Positions 37,265 through 47,600 of a stretch of DNA of 55,946 bases are shown here, piece after piece; within the stretch, counting starts at the first letter, position 1, and each line of letters starts with the position of its first letter. Source of the DNA: Promethearchaeota archaeon. Lineage in GTDB: Archaea; Asgardarchaeota; Lokiarchaeia; Sigyniarchaeales; SOKP01. A program made the translations under genes and the position numbers. The DNA lies in NCBI GenBank assembly GCA_016839585.1, contig JAEOTZ010000045.1:1-55946 (forward strand), read 5' to 3'. A model generated the notes under the pieces. That model ran no database searches. It was not told the DNA's origin and saw only the letters and a list, made by a program, of their open reading frames with translations.

Positions 37265-39544
37265 TTAAACAGCAGCTTGAAAAATATTTTTCTCTATTAA
37301 TTTAAGAATAAGTTCAATATCTTTAGGGCTGCAAGTTTTTTCAATTATTAAATCTTTAATATAAAAAAAATCAGTAGTATCTTTATTCATAATTGATATT
37401 GCATCATTAATAAAAGACTTCTCAGTAGGGCTAACTCTAATATTCTCTAATTTATCTATATCAACAAGTCTTAGAGGATATACAATTGCAATATTTAGGT
37501 GCTTTATTAGTAAATTCTCTATACCTTTAAATTTTCTAACATCTCCATCAAACTGATCAATTAAATTCCCATAATTCTTATAGATATCATAAGCTAAATC
37601 TTCAAGTGAATAGAGTAAGTATTTTGATGGACTTTCTTTCATTATTAAAATTAATCTAACATTTACAAATTCACTCATTAATACAATTGAATCCTTATAT
37701 TCTAATTTTATAGTTTGAGATTGATTTTCAACTTTCATTAGTTCAATTCCAAAAGAAGAAAGGGCTTGCAAAAATCCAGAAATCAATGTACCATTTAATT
37801 GTTTACTTGTAAATTTTTGTTCATAAACACTTAATCCAGATATCTTATTTGTTACAATAAGATAATCAAGGTTCATAATATCCATACATTTACTGAAGAT
37901 TTTCTGCTTTTCCTCAATTTTTCTGGTTCGAACCTTTTTAATTGTTCTGTATGATATAATACTAAATGCTGCAAATACTACTACAAGTAGGACAATTCCA
38001 AAAATAGTTAATGGATCTAAGGTGAATGGGACTGATGGAACTATTATTTGGAATTCTTGAGATTGAACTCCTGCATCTGTTTCATCATTCCAATAAATCT
38101 CTATAGTGTATTCTCCTTCACGGAAACTTGATGGTATTACAAATGAAAATAAAATTTCGTCTGAAGTCACTTCTCTATTTAATTCAATAATCTCGATAAA
38201 ATTTCCTGGTTTTATTAAAATAAATGTAAGATTGCCTTGTATTATTGGAACTTCAACTGAAAATTGTAGGTCTTGTTCTGGTTTATATTCAGAAAATAAT
38301 CCTTTTATCTCGAAATCAATATTCGGTGAATTTGCTGTGATTTTCCAGTCTGCACCCTCTATAATTATGTCGTTTGGAAGAAGTATAAAATGATTTAATG
38401 AGTCTATTATAATATATGATGTAATATTTTCCCAATCAGTTCCAATATCTCTATATATAGTTAAATTTTGCCAACTTCCAGAGTATTCATATTTAACTGA
38501 ATAATTAGATGAGAACCTAGAAAATTCCGGATAAATATTCCATTCATTATTAGAATCTGTAATTAATACAGATCCTTCTGAAAGAAAGGAGTTTCTTAAA
38601 TTAATGCTATAATTAACGTTAAAGGCTAAATCAGATATTAAATTATTTTTAATTGGAATAGAGATAACGTCAGTATTCAGAGAATAATTAAGATTTAAAT
38701 TTAGGTATCCTATTCCAGAACTACTGCCATTTAAAATAGGATAATAACTCTCATCTAGTTCAGCAGACATATTAATTTCTTCTGGAAAAACTTCTTTTGT
38801 AATTCTTTGATCTAGTTTATAGAGAAGCGTTTCATTAGTTATACCATTTACCCAATCCGCTTCATATCCCCATGAAAATAGATTTGGGTTATTTGGATTT
38901 TCATCATTCATTTCCCAATAATACCTTGCACTATCAGAGGGACCCATTTCTGAACCATTCATAATTAAGTAGTAATATCCTTTCGTAAGATGTACAGTAG
39001 AATTAAAAGTTTGGGAGTACCATTTTGTTTCACTTGACATATTTAATGCAACAGATCTATAAACAGTTTCATTTGGTTTGTTTGTAGGATTATCATAACC
39101 ATTTATTTGAACAGTTATAATAGTTGTTGTGGCTGGTCTAGATTCATATCCATAAATTTGGACTCCAAAAACATCAGTAGGTTCTGTAATATTAATTTGT
39201 ACGGCATATGCTTTATCTCCTTTATCTAATTCTCTCGAATGACCAATTATATTACTTTCTACTTCTTTTATCTCCCGCTTAAATTCAATATTCGTAAAAT
39301 TTAATTCAATATCTGTTAAATCCCATTTAGATGAGTTTAACGGAATCTCTATTAAACTAACATTATTAATATTTTCTTCAAGATTTGCATATTCAGTCAT
39401 TTCAAAATTAAGATTAATCGGAGGAGATTCGCCATTAATTTGAGCAGTGGTAAAATTTATAAAATTATTTAAAATAAAGAGAAAACAAAATAAAACTAAT
39501 AAGATCCAGATAAAATTCTTCGCTTTTGAAGTAACCTTTGTCAT
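37265..39544 (-). CDS. Single-pass receptor-like protein with longin-like domain (array copy C)
   Basis: Same architecture; YLIVTNKISGLSVY...LISGFLQALSSFG. Confidence 0.8.
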   Translation of the reverse strand: MTKVTSKAKNFIWILLVLFCFLFILNNFINFTTAQINGESPPINLNFEMTEYANLEENINNVSLIEIPLNSSKWDLTDIELNFTNIEFKREIKEVESNIIGHSRELDKGDKAYAVQINITEPTDVFGVQIYGYESRPATTTIITVQINGYDNPTNKPNETVYRSVALNMSSETKWYSQTFNSTVHLTKGYYYLIMNGSEMGPSDSARYYWEMNDENPNNPNLFSWGYEADWVNGITNETLLYKLDQRITKEVFPEEINMSAELDESYYPILNGSSSGIGYLNLNLNYSLNTDVISIPIKNNLISDLAFNVNYSINLRNSFLSEGSVLITDSNNEWNIYPEFSRFSSNYSVKYEYSGSWQNLTIYRDIGTDWENITSYIIIDSLNHFILLPNDIIIEGADWKITANSPNIDFEIKGLFSEYKPEQDLQFSVEVPIIQGNLTFILIKPGNFIEIIELNREVTSDEILFSFVIPSSFREGEYTIEIYWNDETDAGVQSQEFQIIVPSVPFTLDPLTIFGIVLLVVVFAAFSIISYRTIKKVRTRKIEEKQKIFSKCMDIMNLDYLIVTNKISGLSVYEQKFTSKQLNGTLISGFLQALSSFGIELMKVENQSQTIKLEYKDSIVLMSEFVNVRLILIMKESPSKYLLYSLEDLAYDIYKNYGNLIDQFDGDVRKFKGIENLLIKHLNIAIVYPLRLVDIDKLENIRVSPTEKSFINDAISIMNKDTTDFFYIKDLIIEKTCSPKDIELILKLIEKNIFQAAV

Positions 39545-39720
39545 AAATAAAATTGATCAATAAATATATATTCTAATAGTGAAGATCCTTGATTAAGTCT
39601 TAATAGAGAATCCCTATATATAAAAAAAGTCATAATATTTTATAAATTTAAGTTAGATTAATTCACTTTTTTCAGATGACTTTTTAGAATATCAAAATTA
39701 TAAATTCTCAATCTTCCTTT

Positions 39721-41244
39721 TTATGTAGCTGCTATTCTTTTTGGAATTTTTGTTTGAGCTTTAATAGCTTCATGAAGTAATTTATTCACTAACTTAAATC
39801 TCTCATTTTTAAAGTCTTGTTTAAACCATAAATTATCTAATTCATTAGGATCATTTTTACGATCATACATGTCCCCATAATCACTCATTCCTTCATAAAT
39901 TGTTAATTTATAATTTTCGGCTATTAAATGTCTTAAACGCGCTTCAAGCGGTCCAATTTCTTCGTCATTTTCTATAAATATACAGTCTCTGACTTTTGTA
40001 TTTGGATTTCCTAAGATTGAAGTTATGTCAAAACCCTGCATATCTGGAGGATGGTGTCGTTCAGGAATATTTAAGGTATTTAAAATAGTCTTAGGATAAT
40101 CAATTGAACTTACTAATGAATTAGATACAGCTGGCTTTGTTAACCCTGGTACTTTCCATATCAATGGAAGTTGCAGTACTCCATTGAATGGACAAGGTCC
40201 CTTAAATAATAAACCATGATCCCCCATTAAATCTCCATGATCGCTCATGAAAACAACAATTGTGTTATCTGAGTAACCTAGTTTGTCCAGTGCGGCTAAT
40301 ATTTGTCCTATACTATAATCAACATATGAAACTGCTGCATATGTTAATGCCGTAATTTTACGAACTTCTTTCTCTGATGATTCACGGAGAAAAGCTTTTT
40401 TAAATGGGGGATTCTTTAAGTGTGGTCCTAAGAACTTATGATTATATAAATTTCTAATATCAGCAAAACTTGGAGGAAGTTTAACTTTATCAGGTTTGTA
40501 CATATCTTGATATTGTCTAGGGGGATATAAAGGGTAATGTGGGTCTGGAAAAGAGCAATGTAAATAAAAGGGTTTATTTCCATAGTCTCCATTAGCATAT
40601 CTTTCTATAAATGCAATAGTTCGTTCTTTCACATATGTAGTATTGTATAATTCTTCAGGAATATCATCACAAAATAAACTAAATAGGTTATCGTAGTTTT
40701 GAACTCTCTGTTTCATTCTATTCGCTTGTTCAGGTGATTTTTCTTCTAACCACTGAAGATAATGGCCTGAACAGACCGAACCATTTCCAGAAACTACTTC
40801 CGCTTCTTGATATCCATAATAAGGAAGGGGAAAATTTTCTCTAACAGGATAACTTTTATCTCTCTTAATAGTCCAATCAGTTATGCTTTCTGCTGATCTA
40901 CTCTTATGACGAAATGGTCCAAGCCAATATTGATGGTGTATTTTACCAATAGCTGCTGTATACCACCCCCTTTTGTTTAATGTTTGAATAATTGTTGGAA
41001 TGTTTTGTCGTAAGTTTATACCATTACTTCTTACACCATGTACATTAGGATAAACGCCTGTGGCTAATGTAGCTCTATTAGGCATACATATTGGATTAGT
41101 ACAGAAATGGTTTGTAAACCTTATTCCCTCCTTTGCCAATCTATCAAGATTCGGTGTCTTTATAATCGGATTTCCAGCACAGCCTAAATGGTCTGCTCTT
41201 TGAGCATCAGTAATTAGAAATAATACATTTAATTTTTCATTCAT
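39721..41244 (-). CDS. Formylglycine-dependent (Cys-type) sulfatase
   Basis: NVLFLITDAQR, CMPNRATLATG (CxPxR), GKIH, DPHYP, SDHGD. Confidence 0.92.
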   Translation of the reverse strand: MNEKLNVLFLITDAQRADHLGCAGNPIIKTPNLDRLAKEGIRFTNHFCTNPICMPNRATLATGVYPNVHGVRSNGINLRQNIPTIIQTLNKRGWYTAAIGKIHHQYWLGPFRHKSRSAESITDWTIKRDKSYPVRENFPLPYYGYQEAEVVSGNGSVCSGHYLQWLEEKSPEQANRMKQRVQNYDNLFSLFCDDIPEELYNTTYVKERTIAFIERYANGDYGNKPFYLHCSFPDPHYPLYPPRQYQDMYKPDKVKLPPSFADIRNLYNHKFLGPHLKNPPFKKAFLRESSEKEVRKITALTYAAVSYVDYSIGQILAALDKLGYSDNTIVVFMSDHGDLMGDHGLLFKGPCPFNGVLQLPLIWKVPGLTKPAVSNSLVSSIDYPKTILNTLNIPERHHPPDMQGFDITSILGNPNTKVRDCIFIENDEEIGPLEARLRHLIAENYKLTIYEGMSDYGDMYDRKNDPNELDNLWFKQDFKNERFKLVNKLLHEAIKAQTKIPKRIAAT

Positions 41245-41249
41245 TATCT

Positions 41250-41828
41250 TTACTCTGATTTAATTTTTTTAAGCACAAAAGCAATATTTCTACCTAATCT
41301 CTCAAATGTTCGTATACCCTCCTCGTCATTCAATACTTCTCCCGGTTCCCTCCCAATTCCAAGGTTCCAATAACTCGAACCTACAACTATCATCTGTTTT
41401 ATTAGAAAAAAATAATTGATACTAGAGAATACATGAACGGCTCCAGCCCTTCTAACAGCTACAACCGCAGCGCCTACTTTATGTTTTAAATGTTTTCCCG
41501 TTGCATATCCAGCTCTTTCTATTAATGCTTTTGTACTTGCAGTTAAATTTGAGAAATAAGTTGGTGATCCGATGATAATACCATCAGCTTCCAGCATCTT
41601 TTTAATATATTCATTCATTTTATCGCCTGGTAAAACACACTTTTGATCATCATTATCTATACATTGTAAACAAGCTGTACATCCTTGTAGTTTTTCCATT
41701 CCAATCCACACCAAATCGCACTTTATTCCTTCAGATTTTAATTCTTTCATAACAGTATTCAAACAATGGTAAGTATTTCCCTCTTTACGAGGACTTCCAT
41801 TAAAAAGGACAACTTTCACTTTTAGCAC
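41250..41828 (-). CDS. Iron-sulfur flavoprotein / NADPH-dependent FMN reductase family
   Basis: GSPRKEGNT, CTACLQC...C, GSPTYF. Confidence 0.88.
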   Translation of the reverse strand: MLKVKVVLFNGSPRKEGNTYHCLNTVMKELKSEGIKCDLVWIGMEKLQGCTACLQCIDNDDQKCVLPGDKMNEYIKKMLEADGIIIGSPTYFSNLTASTKALIERAGYATGKHLKHKVGAAVVAVRRAGAVHVFSSINYFFLIKQMIVVGSSYWNLGIGREPGEVLNDEEGIRTFERLGRNIAFVLKKIKSE

Positions 41829-41948
41829 CCTTTAAAAAAAATATAATTTGTAAATTATTTTTCAATAATTATTATAATGCTATTAATTTTTTTGAAAAAT
41901 CAATTATCACATTCAAAAAAAGGAAAAAAAGGATTTATTTATCAAAAC

Positions 41949-42692
41949 CTAATTTTCTCTTAGAAGTAATCGTTCCATCCATTTTGGCAGCATGAAACCT
42001 CCATAAAATTCGATTGAACTCGAAATTAAGATCAATCTAGCTACAATTAGGATGATAATCGAAAAACCGCTTAAAATTTCTAGTACAGAGCCTAAAACGA
42101 AAGAAATAAAAGCAGCAATAAGCAATTTTCCTTTTAATCTGATTTCGGGACTTTTAGATTTTAAAGATTCTCGTGCAAATAAGAGACCAGTTATCAATAC
42201 CATAACAACAAGGAAAAGCTGGTAAGCAGTAACAAAGAATTCATACTCAGCATCAACAGGACTAGTAACTTCTCCTATTTTCGTATGATCAATAAAAAGT
42301 ATTGAGAAAAATGCTATTTCGAATACAATTCCAATAATTCCAAAAATAAGTAAAATTGTTTTCTGATTTTTTTTATAGAGAAAGTCTGTGAAGGCAATCA
42401 TCCAAATAAAAGCTGTTATTGGTAATGGTACAACTCCTATTATGAAATAATATGGGGGTGCTGACATATAACCATCACCATCAGTTATTAATGCGACTAA
42501 AAATGAAGAGGAACTCGCATACCAACTAGAGACGATTCCAAGCCAGACAATCCCGACGAGTAATATCGTTCTATTTTTGGATTTAGGATATTTTGAGATA
42601 ATGGTAATCCCAATTACTACTGATATCAAAGCAAATATTAAGCTAAATATTCCATTTACAAACTCATCTGGAGTTAAAGTCATAAAATTCAC
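41949..42692 (-). CDS. Stand-alone seven-TM membrane protein
   Basis: Seven hydrophobic segments, no soluble output domain. Confidence 0.7.
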   Translation of the reverse strand: MNFMTLTPDEFVNGIFSLIFALISVVIGITIISKYPKSKNRTILLVGIVWLGIVSSWYASSSSFLVALITDGDGYMSAPPYYFIIGVVPLPITAFIWMIAFTDFLYKKNQKTILLIFGIIGIVFEIAFFSILFIDHTKIGEVTSPVDAEYEFFVTAYQLFLVVMVLITGLLFARESLKSKSPEIRLKGKLLIAAFISFVLGSVLEILSGFSIIILIVARLILISSSIEFYGGFMLPKWMERLLLREN

Positions 42693-42766
42693 TTTTTTCT
42701 AATTGCTTAAAGATATTATGTTATATCACATATTTAATAATTTATTATTAATCTATTAGAATCTAT

Positions 42767-43026
42767 TTATTCTAGTCTTTCTACTTTAAAAATAACAGGT
42801 CTAAACCAATCAGTACACCCCGTAATTACAGTACCATTTTAGCCCAATCACAAAATACTTCCGATACTTTTGCTAAATTTGGATCTATGATGAATTCTTG
42901 ACCATCTTCAAAACGTTCACATAAATTTATATCATGATATAGGTCTACGATGTATTCTTCAATTAAATCTCTATTAATTGTACGTTTAAGTACTGTTATT
43001 TTACATTTTGGCATCTTAGAAACCAT
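42767..43026 (-). pseudogene. TIGR04076-family gene with internal deletion and frameshift
   Basis: CKITVLKR...FEDGQEF...FCDWA, then a different frame reads NGTVITGCTDWFRPVIFKVERLE* (stop 42767-42769). Confidence 0.8.
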
Positions 43027-43131
43027 TTTGATATCCTCTTTTCTAATTAAAATAAATTTTGCTTTTTAACATAAATTATTTTAGAGCTGTTTTTCATATA
43101 TTTTCATATAATAAAGAATTTATTCAAATCC

Positions 43132-44379
43132 ATGAATTCTATCATGGTTAAACGTCCTGAATTACTTGCTCCTTGTCAAGACTGGAATTCATTAAAAATT
43201 GTTGGTGGGATAGCGGATGCTATATATTTTGGAGTAAAGAAGTATAGCATGCGCGCAAAGGCAAAAAATTTTAGGAGAGCCGATTTAAGAAAAATTACAG
43301 AGTTTTGTCATAACCAAAATCCACCTATGAAAGCTTATTTAACTACAAATATTTTAATTTATGATTTCGAACTTCAGGATTTGGAAAACTTGATCTTAGA
43401 AGCTAAAGAAGCAGACATTGATGCAATAATTGCTCATGATCTTGCTGTACTCAGAATTGCTAAACAACATAAGATGGATTTTCATATATCAACTCAGGCA
43501 AATGTGTCTAACATTGAAGCAGCAAGATTTTATGAAGAATTGGGCGCTGAAAGAATTATTTTAGCAAGAGAACTCTCTTTAAAGCAAATAAAGCTTATAA
43601 AACATCACTTATCAAAAACTAAGATTGAATGTTTTGTTCACGGTTCGATGTGTACTTCAATTTCAGGAAGATGTTATTTTTCTGCTACTATTTGTGATTC
43701 TGAAGAATTTTCTGCAAATCGAGGAAATTGCGTCCAACCATGTCGAAGAGAATGGCGAGTTATTGACGATGAGAACAATGAATTCATTTACGATGGTCAA
43801 ATGTTTTTAAACACAAAAGATTTATGTATGATTGAATACATTCCTCAACTTATTGATGCGAATATTGACGCTTTTAAAATAGAAGGTAGATTGAAGGATC
43901 CACTTTATGTAAAAGTAGTATCAGAATGTTATAAAGAAGCTCTTAATAGTTTTTTTAATAGAACTTTTACAAAAGAAAGAATTAAAAATTGGCTTCAAAG
44001 ATTATCCAAAGTATATAACCGAGGTTTTCATACTGGATTTTATTTTAGAAAACCTACTATTGAAGATATTCAATTAGAGCAAAGAGGTAATATCTCACCT
44101 TATAAAAAACATTATCTTGGAAAAATTATATCTTTTGATAAGACTAGTAAAACAGCCAACGTTCTGCTTGAGAGTTTAGAAGTACCATTAAAATTAGGAG
44201 ATGAAATTATAATTATTGGAAATAACACTTATTCAATAGAAACCATAAAAAAATTAATTTATAAAGGTGAGAAAATCAAGAGTATTGTAAGGAAAAGATA
44301 TAGTGATCCAGTAAAAATTAACTTACGTATTGATAATTGCGAAATAAACGATAAAATTTATATCATTTCAAAAACATAA
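43132..44379 (+). CDS. U32 family protein (Fe-S dependent RNA hydroxylation type, TrhP/RlhA-like)
   Basis: PELLAP, HISTQAN, LARELS, FVHGSMCTSISGRC, NRGNCVQPCR, KIEGR. Confidence 0.9.
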   Translation: MNSIMVKRPELLAPCQDWNSLKIVGGIADAIYFGVKKYSMRAKAKNFRRADLRKITEFCHNQNPPMKAYLTTNILIYDFELQDLENLILEAKEADIDAIIAHDLAVLRIAKQHKMDFHISTQANVSNIEAARFYEELGAERIILARELSLKQIKLIKHHLSKTKIECFVHGSMCTSISGRCYFSATICDSEEFSANRGNCVQPCRREWRVIDDENNEFIYDGQMFLNTKDLCMIEYIPQLIDANIDAFKIEGRLKDPLYVKVVSECYKEALNSFFNRTFTKERIKNWLQRLSKVYNRGFHTGFYFRKPTIEDIQLEQRGNISPYKKHYLGKIISFDKTSKTANVLLESLEVPLKLGDEIIIIGNNTYSIETIKKLIYKGEKIKSIVRKRYSDPVKINLRIDNCEINDKIYIISKT

Positions 44380-44435
44380 TCAAATGATTTTTTCAGACTC
44401 CAATCTAATTATAGAAAATAATTTCAGATATAACT

Positions 44436-45107
44436 ATGACCTTTGAGGAGAAAAGAAGAAGATTGGTTGAAAGTCTTACAAGTCGAAAAATCTTAACAGA
44501 TCCAAAAGTAGTTAGGGCAATGTTAATGGTACCTAGACACAAATTTGTACCTGAAGAAGCTGTTTCTTCTGCTTATATAGATTCTCCTCTATCAATTGGC
44601 CAAGGTCAAACAATAAGCGCACCTCATATGAATGCCATGATGTGTGAATACCTTGAACTTAAAGAAGGTGAAAAGGTCTTAGAAGTTGGAACTGGCTCGG
44701 GATATCACGCTGCTTTATGTGCAGAATTAGTTGCCCCAAAAAGTTCAGAATCAAAAGGGCATGTATATACAATTGAACGCCTTAAACAATTAGCTGAAGG
44801 AGCTAAACGTAGTCTAAAAGATACAGGATATGAGAATATTGTAACGGTAATTCATGGAGATGGTACATTAGGATATCCAGAAGCTGCACCATATGATAAG
44901 ATTTTAGTAACTGCTGCTTCACCTAGTAAAATTCCTCACCCGCTAAAAAAACAGTTAAAAAATGGTGGAGTATTGTGCATTCCAGCAGGTTCTAAAAATT
45001 TTGCCCAAAACTTATATATTATTAAAAAAAGAGGAGAGAAATTCGAAACCAAACGTGTTTCTGGAGTAAGATTCGTTCCTTTAATCGGCAAATTTGGTTT
45101 TGATTAA
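44436..45107 (+). CDS. pcm: Protein-L-isoaspartate O-methyltransferase
   Basis: VPRHKF, GQTISAPHM, VLEVGTGSGY, APYDKILVTAA, VRFVPL. Confidence 0.95.
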   Translation: MTFEEKRRRLVESLTSRKILTDPKVVRAMLMVPRHKFVPEEAVSSAYIDSPLSIGQGQTISAPHMNAMMCEYLELKEGEKVLEVGTGSGYHAALCAELVAPKSSESKGHVYTIERLKQLAEGAKRSLKDTGYENIVTVIHGDGTLGYPEAAPYDKILVTAASPSKIPHPLKKQLKNGGVLCIPAGSKNFAQNLYIIKKRGEKFETKRVSGVRFVPLIGKFGFD

Positions 45108-45410
45108 ATTATAGAAAATATTAAATTATAGAAGGAGTTTATTCAGAAAAATTATTTTTTAGCTTTTTTTCCATTAATTTTTTACGAATGCTTTTTACAT
45201 ATTCGTTATTTTGTATCCTATCTTTTATAGATTTGTTATTATAGGCCCAGCCATTACGCTTTTCAAAGTTATTTCCTTTAATTGTAACTCATTCTCTTTT
45301 TTTAATGTTTCCTTATTTTTATTACTACATTAATATTTAAAAAGATAATCAAAACCGACAGAATTCCTACTATTACTCACAAAATTGTTAAATATAAAAA
45401 AGTATAAATA

Positions 45411-47600
45411 TTAAAAAACCTTTAGTTGGAGGGTAATTTCAAAACTTTTACTTATTTTCATGAGAGGAGTAACATTTATTCCTTGATAGATCTTTTCATA
45501 TCCTTCTTCGGTGTATGCATATGCAATTATTGGAAATTTGTTAATTTTAATTGAACCGGCTTTACTCAAAATAGTAAATTCGATATTTAGATCGTAAGAG
45601 TCATCATAAGCTTTAAAATGGGATCCCTCATATTGGAATGGCTCTAGTAAATCCTTTTCTTTATCATCCTTGAGTTCTACTTGGGCACTCTCCCATCGGA
45701 ATTTATTTGTATCCCCATTAAAGAAAAAGGGAAGATCAATTGCTAGCTGTAGATTATCAACAATCCTCTCTAGTTCTTCTTCTTGACCAGGGATCTCCTC
45801 AAAATTGACTCTAAATATTGCTTCAATTTGGTTTTCTTCAACATAAATATCTTTTGTAATTAAACAAGGATTTCTAAAATCTGTTTCGGTATCTTTCACT
45901 GTTCCATGTTTTTCCATTTCTAAAATAGCAAGTTTTACATCTTTTTCACTACTCGTAACCTTAAAATTACCGTCAATGAAATCACCAAACTCATGATATT
46001 GATCTGAATATAATTGTTCCAGATTTTCATCTTTGTGTAAAAATCTTATCCGCAACATGCACCGCCTAAATCTATCTATTAAAACCTCTTTATCTTTAAG
46101 TTTTTTACTTTCATGATATGCTTCTCGCCATCTTGTTAAAGTATTAAGTAAATTATAAGATTTAGGTTTATAGTCTAATTCAAATATCGTCCCACCGTTA
46201 GAGGGATTAATATAAAGACTAAGTAAATTTGATTCAATCAAATAATCTGTTTTACTATCTTTGTTAAAATCTAAAGGAGTTATATAAATATATGATTCTA
46301 AAGCTGGATTTATTAGGGTGTTTATCTCATCAATTAGTTTTTCAGCATTAATTAAGTGAGTATATATTGAAAATCTTAAAAACTGTAAATAAACTCCTCC
46401 AAAAAGTCCATGCCAATAGCAATCATTACATTGCGACTTATAAATCTCATCCCATGCTTCATTTATTTTATCTAAGATTTTTGGGATTAAAATATCATCA
46501 TCAACTTCGATTAATCGTTCTTCTGCCTTGATAAGTTTTTCTCTTACATAAAGCATTTTTTTATGCATATTATTGGATTCAGGATATTTCACGAGAAAAT
46601 ATCGCCAAAATCCACCTTTTAGAAACAAATACTCATCTTGTTTTTCAGGGTCGTCTTTAAATGCTTTCCTAATTTTTTTAAAACGCTTTCGAATAGGTGT
46701 TAATAATACCCATTCTTCCATTTTATCATAACTTGCTGTGGGAAGATACACTAATCCTTTTGCTGGAAATTGCTCTATATATTCAGATAAAGTTAAAGAT
46801 TTAATCCATTTATTATTTATAATCTGCTCAAAAAAGGCAGGAATAAACGGCTTCCCCTTATCACCATCTTTATGTCCTTGACCTTCAACATAGCAAAATT
46901 CGTGGGTTGTACCCCAAACACCCATTTTTTCTGCATCTGAGATTAGTAATGCTACTTTATCACCTTGATTATCTGCCTTTTCCTTTAAATAATCAATTGA
47001 ATAATAGCTTGGCTTCCATGGAGTCAAATATCTCAGTTCTTCATTGATTGGAAAGACTCTTAATGTTTTTCCGTCATCTTCAGTAATATATGTGTAAAAA
47101 GTGTCTTCTTCAGTTATCCCTGTTGATCGAAAATGGTTATCATCGACTATTACATATTTTAAACCAACATCATTTAAAAAGGAAGGATAGTTGGGTTCCC
47201 AAACTCTTTCAGATAACCATGCACCTTTCACATCTAATCCAAATTCTGCTTGAATTAATTGTGATAACTTTTTTATTTGAGCAATCTTATCGCGATACGG
47301 GATAATAGAAAAAATAGGTTCATAATACCCACCACCAATTATTTCAACCTGGTTTCTTTTTGCCATTTCCTTTAACTTCTGAATGAATTTAGGTTTGTTT
47401 TCAATAAGCCATTCTAGTAAATTACCTGAAAAATGTAATGTAAATTTAATTTCTGGAACTAAATATAAATTTTCTACTAAAGGTTCATAAGATTTCTTAT
47501 ATACATCCTCAATAACCCAAAGGAAATTATCTACTGGCTGGTGAAAGTGAAATACAATAGGAAGGTTAATAGTTTTTTCACTCATAATTCTAGATCGCAT
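45411..47600 (-). CDS. GH57 alpha-amylase / 4-alpha-glucanotransferase
   Basis: HFHQP, GGYYEPI, WLSERVWEP, DAEKMG, QCNDCYWHGLFGG. Confidence 0.92.
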   Translation of the reverse strand: MRSRIMSEKTINLPIVFHFHQPVDNFLWVIEDVYKKSYEPLVENLYLVPEIKFTLHFSGNLLEWLIENKPKFIQKLKEMAKRNQVEIIGGGYYEPIFSIIPYRDKIAQIKKLSQLIQAEFGLDVKGAWLSERVWEPNYPSFLNDVGLKYVIVDDNHFRSTGITEEDTFYTYITEDDGKTLRVFPINEELRYLTPWKPSYYSIDYLKEKADNQGDKVALLISDAEKMGVWGTTHEFCYVEGQGHKDGDKGKPFIPAFFEQIINNKWIKSLTLSEYIEQFPAKGLVYLPTASYDKMEEWVLLTPIRKRFKKIRKAFKDDPEKQDEYLFLKGGFWRYFLVKYPESNNMHKKMLYVREKLIKAEERLIEVDDDILIPKILDKINEAWDEIYKSQCNDCYWHGLFGGVYLQFLRFSIYTHLINAEKLIDEINTLINPALESYIYITPLDFNKDSKTDYLIESNLLSLYINPSNGGTIFELDYKPKSYNLLNTLTRWREAYHESKKLKDKEVLIDRFRRCMLRIRFLHKDENLEQLYSDQYHEFGDFIDGNFKVTSSEKDVKLAILEMEKHGTVKDTETDFRNPCLITKDIYVEENQIEAIFRVNFEEIPGQEEELERIVDNLQLAIDLPFFFNGDTNKFRWESAQVELKDDKEKDLLEPFQYEGSHFKAYDDSYDLNIEFTILSKAGSIKINKFPIIAYAYTEEGYEKIYQGINVTPLMKISKSFEITLQLKVF

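Larger units (their letters stand above)
33190..38060. repeat. Diverged tandem duplication, two ~2.4-kb units (~33190-35635 and ~35636-38060), out of phase with gene boundaries
   Basis: A/B ectodomain flanks, both intergenic spacers and B/C cytoplasmic parts are visibly similar at nucleotide level. Confidence 0.85.

Noticed and set aside
32419-39544. Diversity-generating retroelement as the source of receptor variation
   Set aside because: No reverse transcriptase in the window and no template/variable repeat pair with adenine-only differences; variation includes indels and all bases
45127-45290. Open minus-strand frame (VTIKGNNFEKRNGWAY...) preceded by TGA, considered as a selenoprotein or gene relic
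   Set aside because: No upstream start in frame, no redox motif, no SECIS-like hairpin seen
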